The translations under genes were made by a program, and so were the position numbers. This document shows positions 17,801-26,377 of a DNA stretch of 64,000 bases, one piece after another. How positions within the stretch are numbered: position 1 is the first letter of the stretch; every line of letters begins with the position of its first letter. The notes below the pieces were generated by a model. That model was not told where the DNA came from. It made no database searches and saw nothing but the letters and a program-made list of their open reading frames with translations. The stretch is from Dehalococcoidia bacterium (lineage in GTDB: Bacteria > Chloroflexota > Dehalococcoidia > Lucifugimonadales > Lucifugimonadaceae), in NCBI GenBank assembly GCA_963663555.2, contig CAXXNJ010000005.1:176989-240988 (forward strand). The letters run 5' to 3'.

Positions 17801-17967
17801 CCCTACGCCCGTCCTAAATCCACACCGCCATTCACGTCGATGGTTGAGCGCCCTGGGACGGGACCGCCCCCGTACAGTCGCGCATCTCCATCTTGCCGTA
17901 GAATCACAACCCGGCAACATCTCCGCGGATAACGACGAAAACTCACAAACAGCCGGAGAAGAACGGC

Positions 17968-18915
17968 ATGTTCTTGGACGAACTCAACGAACTGGTCGGC
18001 ACACTCAAGCAACGCATCGAGCAATACCGCGAGGTGCTGGGCAAAAACGAAGCTGCAACCCGCTACGCACTGATCGACCCGCTGCTGACAGCCCTCGGCT
18101 GGGATCTGTCAAACCCGGCGCAGGTTCAGACCGAATACAGCACGAGCGACGGTCGCGCCGACTACGCGTTGCTTGCCGGAGAAAATGTGCCTCGCCTTGT
18201 CATTGAGGCCAAGAGACTGAACCAACCGATAACTATCAAGGTAATCAAGCAAGCATTCGATTACTGCTCTGAATTGGGCATCCCGCGCTTTGTCGTGACA
18301 AACGGCGAGCATTGGGTGGCCTGTGAGACGCACAAGCCTGTGCCCCTTGCGGATAAACAAGTAGTCGAATTCAGGATTGGCGATGCTACCCAGAGCACAG
18401 TGGTGCAGATGCTGTGGCTCTGGCGCGGCAACTTTGAGGCCGACCGGCCTTTGGAGGCGGTGGTACCGGAGCAGCCGGAGCCTGAAGTTACAACTCCACC
18501 TAACCCTAATCTGGCGCCGGATCCGACGCAACCGCAACCGGTCGCACAGGGCATCCCACTCAGCGAATTCAATCCAAAAACGGGTGACCCGCTTCCTGTC
18601 GCTCTAATATTTTTCGACGGGATGAATAAGTCGATCACCAGATGGAATCAGATCCAGATGGCAACAGTGGAGTGGCTGACTGATACAGGTCGTTTGTCGG
18701 TATCCGATTGCCCTGTTGCGACTCCTCAAGGTAAACACTTGGTGCACACGGCGCCTGTTCGGAGTGGAGGCGGCAGATTCCGCACACCAAAGCAGATCGG
18801 TAGTCTGCATATCGAGGCTCACGGTAGCTCTATAACTCAAGTCACAGTTACAAAACAAATCCTCACCGCCCGGGGCATCGACCTCTCCACAGTCCGCGTA
18901 GCGCTACCGGACTAG
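17968..18915 (+). CDS. HsdR-N/Mrr-like PD-(D/E)xK nuclease domain protein with Pro-rich linker and unknown C-terminal domain
   Basis: EAATRYALIDPLLTALGW..., GRADYALL and VIEAKRL match the type I restriction enzyme R N-terminal-domain pattern. ATG start. GC visibly lower than the flanks. Confidence 0.6.
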   Translation: MFLDELNELVGTLKQRIEQYREVLGKNEAATRYALIDPLLTALGWDLSNPAQVQTEYSTSDGRADYALLAGENVPRLVIEAKRLNQPITIKVIKQAFDYCSELGIPRFVVTNGEHWVACETHKPVPLADKQVVEFRIGDATQSTVVQMLWLWRGNFEADRPLEAVVPEQPEPEVTTPPNPNLAPDPTQPQPVAQGIPLSEFNPKTGDPLPVALIFFDGMNKSITRWNQIQMATVEWLTDTGRLSVSDCPVATPQGKHLVHTAPVRSGGGRFRTPKQIGSLHIEAHGSSITQVTVTKQILTARGIDLSTVRVALPD

Positions 18916-20133
18916 CCCGCCAATCTCATCCTCACTCAGCCCCGTCAGCTCCCGCAAAACCTCCTCCGTATGCTCGGCGAATCTCGGCGCGGGACGGCGG
19001 ACCGAGGCCGGAGTCTCCGAGAATCTCCACGGGAAGCCCAGCGAGGGATGTACCCCGACGCCGGCGGAATAGTCGATATCTAGAAAGAAGCCGCGCTCCG
19101 CGTAGTGGGCATCCTCCAGTAGGTCGCCCATGTTGTTGACGGCCCCTGCGGGGACGCCGGCTCCTTGAAGCTCACGCATCGCCTCGCCGGGAGAGCGCAG
19201 CGACGTCCACGCCTCCACGACTTCATCGAGCTCCTTGCGATGCGCGATGCGCGACTGCGCGCCGTCGTAGCGCGCGTCGCCGATCAGATCGTCTCGCCCC
19301 ATCAGCCCGGCCATGGCGCGCCACTGCGCATCGCTCGTGACGGCCACGGCCACCCACTTGTCGTCGCCTGCGCACCTGTAGCACCCGTGCGGCGCCCATT
19401 CGGGATGAGCGTTTGCCGGCGGGCCGGGCGGACTGCCGGTCAGGCCCAACTGCATCAGCGAATCGGGCATCGTGAATATGACCGCTTCCCGCTGCGCCAC
19501 CTCTATGTGCTGTCCCACGCCGCTCTCCTCCCGCTGCCAAAGCGCGCTCAGGATTGCGGAGACGGCAAAGAGCGCCACCGTGGGATCGGGATAGAACAGC
19601 CCCGTCAGCAGCGGCTCGTCTTCCTCATAGCCCGTCATGCCGACCAGCCCCGTCAGGCACTCCTGCTGCGGCCCGAACGCCACGAATGAACTCTCCGGCC
19701 CCGTCGAACCGAACGCCGGCATAGACACCATGATGATGTCCGCCTTTACCTCTTTGAGATCGTCATAGCCGATGCCGAGCCGCTGTACCACGCCGACGCT
19801 GAAGTTCTCGATGACGACGTCGGCCCCTGCGACAAGCTCCTTCAGCGCTTCAACCCCCTCGGCGGTCTTGAGGTCCAGCGCAACGGCGCGCTTGTTGCGG
19901 TTGTACTCGACGAAGCGTCCCGCCCGGTTGTACGGCTCATCGCCCGGCTCGTCGTCCGGATACGGCCCGCCGCTGCCGGGATTGGCCTTCATCGGCCCGC
20001 GCTCCGGGTCGGGCCGCGACGGGCCTTCCAACTTGATCACGTCTGCGCCGAGGTCGCCCAACATCCGCGTCGAAAACGGCCCAGACCACACCTGCGACAG
20101 ATCGACCACCCGTATGCCGTCCAGCGGGCCCAA
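18904..20133 (-). CDS. Family III (CaiB/BaiF) acyl-CoA transferase
   Basis: MGPLDGIRVVDLSQVWSGPFSTRMLGDLGADVIKLE is the typical N-terminus of the family; ~400 aa. Confidence 0.85.
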   Translation of the reverse strand: MGPLDGIRVVDLSQVWSGPFSTRMLGDLGADVIKLEGPSRPDPERGPMKANPGSGGPYPDDEPGDEPYNRAGRFVEYNRNKRAVALDLKTAEGVEALKELVAGADVVIENFSVGVVQRLGIGYDDLKEVKADIIMVSMPAFGSTGPESSFVAFGPQQECLTGLVGMTGYEEDEPLLTGLFYPDPTVALFAVSAILSALWQREESGVGQHIEVAQREAVIFTMPDSLMQLGLTGSPPGPPANAHPEWAPHGCYRCAGDDKWVAVAVTSDAQWRAMAGLMGRDDLIGDARYDGAQSRIAHRKELDEVVEAWTSLRSPGEAMRELQGAGVPAGAVNNMGDLLEDAHYAERGFFLDIDYSAGVGVHPSLGFPWRFSETPASVRRPAPRFAEHTEEVLRELTGLSEDEIGGLVR

Positions 20134-20136
20134 CTT

Positions 20137-21357
20137 CTACGTCACCCCCTGCCGCGCTAGCCGATCCATCTCATCGGGCGGCACACCGAGCTCATCCACC
20201 AACACCTCCTCGTTGTGCTCTCCCAGCCGCGGCGACTTGCCATTGCTCCATTCCAGCCGGCCTGCCATCCACGGCCTCGACGCGATCGGGAACGAGCCGC
20301 CGCCCGGCATCTCCGTTTCCGTCAGGAAATTGCGCGCCCTCAACTGCGGTGACTGCTGCACGTCGTTGGGCGCGACGACGTAGGCGGCGGCAAGCCCGGC
20401 CGATTGCGCCTCCTCGTACACCTGCCTGCCGGGCCGCTCCATCAGCCACTCGCTGAACGTCCTCTCCAGCATGGCCGCCCGTTCCTGCCTGCCCTCCGCC
20501 GTCCTCAGCGCAGCGTCTTCCAGTTCCGGCCTGCCCAACAGCCGCACGAACGCCGGCCACCAGTCGCGACGGCCCCCTCTGCCGCCGACGAGTATCCAGC
20601 CGTCCTTGCATCGCCTCAGCGGGCCGGGGAACTCCCCCCTGGCGCGGCTGACCGCGCTTCGCCGCGGCGGCTCCTTGCTGAAGCTCTGCTTCTTGAGTGG
20701 CGATCCGGCCGTGCTGGACCAGCCCTCCGATATCGAGACGTCGACGTGTTGCCCGCGTGCGGTGCGCCGTCTTGCGTGCAGGGCCGCCAGCGCCGCGATG
20801 AACGCGTGCATCCCGCCGTGGAACTGCGCGAAGCGCCCGCCCTTCAGCAGCGGCGCCTTATCCGGGTGTCCCGCCATCGACATCTCGCCGCTCAATGCGT
20901 GGAGCGTCAACTCCGTCGCCAGGAAGTCCCTGTACGGGCCTGACCGTCCGAATGGCGTCACCGAGACGTGCACTAACTTCGAGAACCTGTCCGCCCGTTC
21001 GTTGCCGCCGCCGAACACCTGGTCAAGATGGCCGTACGGCGTCCCGTCGATCAGCACGTCCGCCTTTTCGAGCAGGCGCGACAGCAGCGCAGCGCCCTCA
21101 TCCTGCTCAATTTCGATCGTCACGGAGCGCTTCGACATGTTCAGGTAGTGGAAGAAGCCGCTCGTCCCTGCGGCGCTGGCCGGCAGCGAGGAAGGCCCGT
21201 AGCGGCGCAACCGGTCTCCGAGGCGCGGCGGCTCGACCTTGACCACGTCTGCGCCCTGCGCCGCGAACATCCTGCCTGCCAGCGGCCCGGCGAATCCATC
21301 CGCCACCTCGATGACGCGCAGACCCTCGAACTGCGGCCCCGGCCTATCCTGCCTCAA
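20137..21357 (-). CDS. Family III (CaiB/BaiF) acyl-CoA transferase (second paralogue)
   Basis: LRVIEVADGFAGPLAGRMFAAQGADVVKVEPP; ~400 aa; 3 nt from the downstream paralogue. Confidence 0.8.
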   Translation of the reverse strand: MRQDRPGPQFEGLRVIEVADGFAGPLAGRMFAAQGADVVKVEPPRLGDRLRRYGPSSLPASAAGTSGFFHYLNMSKRSVTIEIEQDEGAALLSRLLEKADVLIDGTPYGHLDQVFGGGNERADRFSKLVHVSVTPFGRSGPYRDFLATELTLHALSGEMSMAGHPDKAPLLKGGRFAQFHGGMHAFIAALAALHARRRTARGQHVDVSISEGWSSTAGSPLKKQSFSKEPPRRSAVSRARGEFPGPLRRCKDGWILVGGRGGRRDWWPAFVRLLGRPELEDAALRTAEGRQERAAMLERTFSEWLMERPGRQVYEEAQSAGLAAAYVVAPNDVQQSPQLRARNFLTETEMPGGGSFPIASRPWMAGRLEWSNGKSPRLGEHNEEVLVDELGVPPDEMDRLARQGVT

Positions 21358-22241
21358 TCTGCGCCCGTCTCTGCCGCTTGTGCCAGCAGGTTGCGGGCGC
21401 GCTCCACCACCGGCGCATCCACCATTTCGCCGTCAAGATCCAGCGTCCCTCTGCCGGCTGCGGCTGCCCGCTCCCAGGCCTGGATGACGCGCCGCGCGTG
21501 TTCCACCTCTTCCGGCTGCGGCCCGAACACCGTCCGTATCGCCTCCAGCTGTGCCGGGTGTATGGCGAACTTGCCCTTGTAGCCCATCCGCAGCGCCTGC
21601 GCGGCGTCCCTCTTCAGCCCGTCGCCGTCACGGAACCTCACGAACGGCGTGTCGAGCGGCGTGACGCCCGCGGCGTGCGCGGCCAGCGCGACCATGCCCC
21701 TGGCGAACTCGATCTCTTCCCCGGACTCCGTGCGTCTCACGCCTACGTCCCGCGTATAGTCCTCCGCCCCGAATACGATTGCGATAACGCGTTCTGAGGC
21801 CAGTGCGACGGCCCGCGCGTCATACACTGCCGCAGCCGTCTCGATCCACGGCAACAGCTTTGTACTGCCGACCTCCATTCCGGCATTCGCCTCTGCGGCC
21901 GACAGGATGCGGTCGTACTCCGAGACGTCGGCCGGGCGCGTCACCTTGCCCACGCTGATGCCGTACACGTCCGGCCCCGCGACGGCTGCTACGTCATCCT
22001 CCGCCATGCCGGTGTCCAGCGAATTTATACGCACGATGACCCTGTGCCCTGCGCCCGCCAGTTCGCCGGTCACGCCTGCCACCGTGTCTCGCGCCGCGTC
22101 CTTCTCGCCGGGCGGAACGGCGTCCTCCAGGTCGGGCACGACTGCGTCCGTCTTGAACCCCGCCGCCTTCTCCAGCATGTCCCGACGGTTGCCCGGCACG
22201 AATATCGGGTTGCGCAGCACGATGCGGTCGGCAGGTCTCAT
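21354..22241 (-). CDS. CitE-like (HpcH/HpaI fold) acyl-CoA lyase, malyl/citramalyl-CoA lyase family
   Basis: FVPGNRRDMLEKA...VVPDLEDAV...FGAEDY pattern; 4-nt overlap with the downstream CoA-transferase. Confidence 0.75.
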   Translation of the reverse strand: MRPADRIVLRNPIFVPGNRRDMLEKAAGFKTDAVVPDLEDAVPPGEKDAARDTVAGVTGELAGAGHRVIVRINSLDTGMAEDDVAAVAGPDVYGISVGKVTRPADVSEYDRILSAAEANAGMEVGSTKLLPWIETAAAVYDARAVALASERVIAIVFGAEDYTRDVGVRRTESGEEIEFARGMVALAAHAAGVTPLDTPFVRFRDGDGLKRDAAQALRMGYKGKFAIHPAQLEAIRTVFGPQPEEVEHARRVIQAWERAAAAGRGTLDLDGEMVDAPVVERARNLLAQAAETGAD

Positions 22242-22257
22242 CCGGTCGTTCCAGTGA

Positions 22258-23169
22258 TCATGCGGCGTGCAGGGCGTCCAGCCATTCGGCGACGACCGAT
22301 ATGAACCCCACCGGGTTGTCTCCGGGCACGAGATGCCCCGAGCGTTCCACCTCGACGAGGCGGCAGTCCCGCATCCGTTCAGCCATCGCGTCGGCCGTCT
22401 CGCGGGCCATGATATCGCTCTCCTGCCCGCGCACCACCAGCGTCGGACACGTGACCGCCTCCAGATATCCCCACTGCTCCTCTGCGGAAACGGCTTCTCG
22501 CGGCCGGTTCGGGTCTCGCAGCGCCGAGTCGTACTTCCACGTCCACTTGCCGTTGGCGGCCTGCCGCACCTTGTGGACGAGGGTATCCCTCACCTCCTGC
22601 ACGCTGCGCCGCGGGTTGTACCGGTGGATGCGCTCGACGAACTCCTCCCACGTGTCCAGCTGGTCCGGCAGGTTCACGAAGTCCATGATCCGCCGCGCCC
22701 CTGCAGGCATCTTGGCAGGCCGCTCTCGCGGCGGAGGGCCGGTGTCGACGATGACGAGGCCGCGCAGGTTGTCCGGCCGGCGGCCCGCGTACGTATACGA
22801 AGTCCGCCCTCCCATCGACAACCCGACCAGCGTCACCGGCAGCGCGTCCAGGTGGTCGATGAATGCGTCCAGGTCGCGCTGGTGAGCGGCGTTCGAGTAG
22901 TCGGCGCCGGGCGCCCATTCGCTGTCGCCGTGCCCGCGCGCATCCAGAGCGATGACGCGGTACTCCTGCCCCAACGCCAGGGAGGTGTAGTCCCACGAGT
23001 GAGCGTTCTGCGCGAATCCGTGCAGCAGCACGACGGCGGGAGCGTCGCGAGGCCCCCACTCAAGGTAGCTGAGCTCCACCTCGCCGCCCCTGAACCGCCG
23101 CGCCACGGGCGCGATCTCACGCTCGAAAGGCACGCCCGCCCTGCGGGCCGCTTCATACAAAGTCGCCAT
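22258..23169 (-). CDS. Alpha/beta-fold hydrolase
   Basis: VVLLHGFAQNAHSWD, nucleophile elbow GLSMGG, C-terminal SGHLV. Confidence 0.75.
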   Translation of the reverse strand: MATLYEAARRAGVPFEREIAPVARRFRGGEVELSYLEWGPRDAPAVVLLHGFAQNAHSWDYTSLALGQEYRVIALDARGHGDSEWAPGADYSNAAHQRDLDAFIDHLDALPVTLVGLSMGGRTSYTYAGRRPDNLRGLVIVDTGPPPRERPAKMPAGARRIMDFVNLPDQLDTWEEFVERIHRYNPRRSVQEVRDTLVHKVRQAANGKWTWKYDSALRDPNRPREAVSAEEQWGYLEAVTCPTLVVRGQESDIMARETADAMAERMRDCRLVEVERSGHLVPGDNPVGFISVVAEWLDALHAA

Positions 23170-23261
23170 GCTGTGACTCTATACCCCGCCCGCCCCTGAG
23201 TCGAATAGACGGTAACATTCGGCTGTGGGTCAATACGCAACGTGAGAGGGGTCAAGCGAGC

Positions 23262-23783
23262 ATGGGAGTTGAGACTTCGCAGGAGAAGCGGTGGGAGTAC
23301 GACGTCGTGGAGGTCGGCCAGACCGGCGCGCCCTTCACGGTCGAGGTGACGAACGACCTCATATCGAAGTACGCCGAGCGGGTGCGCAACCCCAATCCGG
23401 TCTATCGTTCCGGCCCGGACGACGACCTGACCGCCATGCCGACGATGCTCATTGCGGTTGCGCCGCTGCGCCGCTTCAGCATTGCCGAGGCCAACGGATT
23501 CGTGGCCCTGGAACTGGCCAGTGAGTCACCCCGGCAGACGCCGTTCGCCAAGTGCGAAGTGCGGTGGAAGCGGCCGTTCGGCGCAGGCGACACCATCACC
23601 AGCGTATGCAGCGTGATCGACAAGTACGAACGCAGGGGCAGCAAGTTCGTAACCTTCCGCGTCGAGGCCCGCAACCAGCATGACGAGATGGTCGCGGAGT
23701 ACGATTACACCAACATCTTCGAGTACGCCCGCGGCCAGAAGCCCGTCGCCGGCGCAGCGTCCGGGGAGGAGCAGGCGAAATGA
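23262..23783 (+). CDS. MaoC-like/FAS1-type dehydratase N-terminal (hotdog) subunit
   Basis: Size and sequence resemble the non-catalytic hotdog partner. ATGA overlap couples it to the next hotdog gene. Confidence 0.6.
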   Translation: MGVETSQEKRWEYDVVEVGQTGAPFTVEVTNDLISKYAERVRNPNPVYRSGPDDDLTAMPTMLIAVAPLRRFSIAEANGFVALELASESPRQTPFAKCEVRWKRPFGAGDTITSVCSVIDKYERRGSKFVTFRVEARNQHDEMVAEYDYTNIFEYARGQKPVAGAASGEEQAK

Positions 23784-24223
23784 CCTTGTCCACCGCAATC
23801 ACGTTCGACTCGATAACCGTCGGCGACGAACTCCCTCCGTTCGAGATCGGCGAGACACAGGAGACCATCGACAACGCAAGGATGCCGGAGATAACCGCCA
23901 GGCCCCCGCGCCCAAACATCCACACCGACCCGGAGTTCGCCAAGCGCGGCATCTTCTCAGGAACGGTGAACGGCGGCGTAATCACCATGGCATACGTCAC
24001 CCAAATGCTTGAGCAGTGGTTCCCCGCCGGCAGCTTCTACGACGGCGGACGCCTCGAGTTCAAGGCGATCCAGCCCTTCCGCCCGGGAGACACCGTCGTA
24101 TTCAGAGCCAAAGTGACCGGCAAGAGGACCCAAGCCGGAAAGAAACTGGTCGACTGCGAAGTCAAAGGCACGAACCAGCTCGGCCAACTAATGGGCTTTG
24201 CCACCGCCACGCTGTCTCTCTAA
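23780..24223 (+). CDS. MaoC-family enoyl-CoA hydratase (hotdog fold)
   Basis: IHTDPEFAKRGIF..TV.GG resembles the MaoC hydratase motif; 147 aa. Confidence 0.7.
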   Translation: MTLSTAITFDSITVGDELPPFEIGETQETIDNARMPEITARPPRPNIHTDPEFAKRGIFSGTVNGGVITMAYVTQMLEQWFPAGSFYDGGRLEFKAIQPFRPGDTVVFRAKVTGKRTQAGKKLVDCEVKGTNQLGQLMGFATATLSL

Positions 24224-24264
24224 AACACCCGCACCCTTTCTTCCCGTCATTGTTATGAAAATAG

Positions 24265-24465
24265 ATCCTCGTGAAAACGGGAACCCATCGGGCGCCCCCG
24301 TAGGGGCGATCCCTTGTGGGCGCCTGCCCCGCAGGGGCGTCCCCTCCTGCCTCTTCCCCCGTCTGCGGGGGAAAGATTGAGATGTTGGTCTTCGCGCGAG
24401 CCACCGCTTCATTACCTTGTGCGGCCTAGCGAGGCCATGGTGATTCCCGTGCAAACGGGAATGAC
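24265..24465. repeat. REP-like mosaic: degenerate REP2, REP1 (24297-24326), REP3 (24341-24398), REP2 (24442-24462)
   Basis: cccgtaggggcgatcccttgtgggcgcctg. cccctcctgcctcttcccccgtctgcgggggaaagattgagatgttggtcttcgcgcg is ~90% identical to 12151-12208. gattcccgtgcaaacgggaat. Confidence 0.85.
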
Positions 24466-24581
24466 GGCGAAGGGGGTGCGAGAAAGACGAGGGGGAGGCG
24501 CTAAGTAGTATTTCTATGTGACTATGGTCGTGACCATGCTAGGATGATGGTCATATCGTAGTGCGCAACGAGGAGTATGAC

Positions 24582-24863
24582 ATGGTGACCGGGGAGAGCG
24601 GAGCCATCGCCGAGCGGACCATGAAGGCGTCGGAGTTCAAGGCGAAGTGCCTGAAACTGATGGACGAGGTTGCCGAGACGGGTGAGGCGATCGTCATCAC
24701 AAAGAACGGCAAGCCCGTCTCGAGGCTGACGCCTTACCGGGAGCGGCCCAAGACGCTCTTCGGCGCAGGTCGCGGCCGGATGAAGATCACCGGAGACATC
24801 ATCAGTCCCATCGACGTGGAATGGGAAGCGGAGACCAACCCTGACAGAGTACTCAATCCATGA
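24582..24863 (+). CDS. Phd/YefM-family type II antitoxin
   Basis: MKASEFKAKCLKLMDEVAETGEAIVITKNGKPVSRLTPY. AGGAG at 24571-24575 favours the ATG at 24582 over the GTG at 24561. 4-nt overlap with the PIN gene. Confidence 0.8.
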   Translation: MVTGESGAIAERTMKASEFKAKCLKLMDEVAETGEAIVITKNGKPVSRLTPYRERPKTLFGAGRGRMKITGDIISPIDVEWEAETNPDRVLNP

Positions 24864-25258
24864 TCCTCGTCGACACCCATGCGCTTATTTGGCTGTGGAC
24901 CGGTGAGGTTCGCCTAGGGCAGGCCGCAAGACGGATAATCGACGGCGCCCTTAGCGGCCAAGAGCTCGCCGTGTCTGCCATGACGTTCTGGGAGGTCGCA
25001 ATGCTCTTGACCAAGGGCCGCCTGGATTTTCCAGAGGACGTTGGACTGTGGCGCCGGGAACTGCTGGGCCAAGGCATCGTGGAAATACCGGTCGACGGTG
25101 AGATTGGCATACGCGCCAACGCTTTGGCAGGCTTCCACGCCGACCCCGCCGACCGCATCATCGTCGCCACCGCGCTGGGCGGCCATACGCTGGTGACGGG
25201 AGACGAGGCAATACTGGGCTGGCAAGGAAGCCTCAACCGGCTCGACGCGCGGGAGTAA
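24860..25258 (+). CDS. vapC: PIN-domain (VapC-type) toxin
   Basis: MILVDTHALIWLW...; acidic residues at PIN positions (D5, E.., DPADRIIVATAL); 132 aa. Confidence 0.8.
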   Translation: MILVDTHALIWLWTGEVRLGQAARRIIDGALSGQELAVSAMTFWEVAMLLTKGRLDFPEDVGLWRRELLGQGIVEIPVDGEIGIRANALAGFHADPADRIIVATALGGHTLVTGDEAILGWQGSLNRLDARE

Positions 25259-25273
25259 CCGGCGGCAGCGACA

Positions 25274-25316
25274 GGCGCCCACAGGGGACGCCCATACGGA
25301 TGTAATTTCCGTATTC
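25274..25316. repeat. REP1 copy in inverted orientation plus a second 7-bp hairpin
   Basis: ggcgcccacaggggacgcccatacgg is the reverse complement of ccgtatgggcgtcccctgtgggcgcc. atacgga/tccgtat stem at 25295-25315. Confidence 0.75.
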
Positions 25317-25325
25317 CGAACTGAG

Positions 25326-25982
25326 ATGTACGACAGCAGATCCGCCCTGTTTAGCGCGGTCAAAGAGATGCACCGGCTGGGCCTCGTTTCCGGCTCCAGC
25401 GGCAATGCCAGCGTGCGGCTGGGCGGCGTGGACGGAGCGGAGCGGTACATGATCACTCCCGCCTCTCTGCCCTACTCCCGCATGTCGGCAGACGACTTGG
25501 TGGAGATCGACGGTGAGATCGAGCCGCTGGACGGGGAGTCCATTCCTTCCACCGAGTCGGCCCTGCACCTGGCGCTGTACCGCAGCCGGCCAGACGTGGG
25601 CGCCGTGGTGCACACCCATTCACTGCACGCCAGCGCGGTGGCGGTTGCCGGCAGGCCCATACCGGCTATAGTTGACGAGATGGTGGTCTACCTCGGCGGC
25701 AGCGTAGAGGTGGCGGAGTACGGCTTTCCGGGCACGGAGGAACTGGCATCGGCGGCGGCGGCGGCGATGGGCGACAGGCGCGCCGTACTCCTCCGCAACC
25801 ATGGCATGTGCGCGGTTGGCGGCTCGATAGAAGAGGCGCTCGCCGCCGCAACGCTGGTGGAGAGGATCGCGCAGATCTACCTGCTGGCCGAAATCGCCGG
25901 CGGGGCAACTACGCTACCGCAGGATGCCGTAGAAATGGAACGGGCGGTGTACCTGATGCGATACTTTCCAGACCGGAGATAG
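25326..25982 (+). CDS. Class II aldolase/adducin-family protein (FucA/MtnB-like)
   Basis: SGSSGNASVR near the N-terminus, metal-site VVHTHS, 218 aa. Confidence 0.8.
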   Translation: MYDSRSALFSAVKEMHRLGLVSGSSGNASVRLGGVDGAERYMITPASLPYSRMSADDLVEIDGEIEPLDGESIPSTESALHLALYRSRPDVGAVVHTHSLHASAVAVAGRPIPAIVDEMVVYLGGSVEVAEYGFPGTEELASAAAAAMGDRRAVLLRNHGMCAVGGSIEEALAAATLVERIAQIYLLAEIAGGATTLPQDAVEMERAVYLMRYFPDRR

Positions 25983-26005
25983 TCTCACGAAGAACGGAGC
26001 GAAAG

Positions 26006-26377
26006 ATGGCCGCAGTCCCAGCATTCATACTACGCAGGCTCTACGTGAAGGGCAGCCTGAGAAACACGCAGGACGGGTGGTGTTTCAGCCTTTGCAACAC
26101 GCTTGGATCCGGATACGCAAAACGGATGTATCCTCTGAAGATCGACGGGGCGGACGTAGCCACGGAGTCGACCAGTTTTGAGATCGACGGAAAGAAGAAC
26201 ACCTTCAGCGGAGTGAACGAGCAGAACACCTTTGCGCTGCCGCTGAACAGGTCGATCGACATCAATATCAACGGAGAGCCGCTCGCGCCCGGCAGCCACA
26301 AGATCATCATGTCGTTCGAGGCGCCGGGATTTGGCAGAGTCACTTTCGACTTTGCCGACAAGCTGGCCGTTGACTGA
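26006..26377 (+). CDS. Hypothetical protein (123 aa)
   Basis: ATG at 26006 with GGAG at 25996-25999. The upstream part of ORF 25808.. overlaps the aldolase and is Arg-rich junk. No family recognised. Confidence 0.5.
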   Translation: MAAVPAFILRRLYVKGSLRNTQDGWCFSLCNTLGSGYAKRMYPLKIDGADVATESTSFEIDGKKNTFSGVNEQNTFALPLNRSIDININGEPLAPGSHKIIMSFEAPGFGRVTFDFADKLAVD

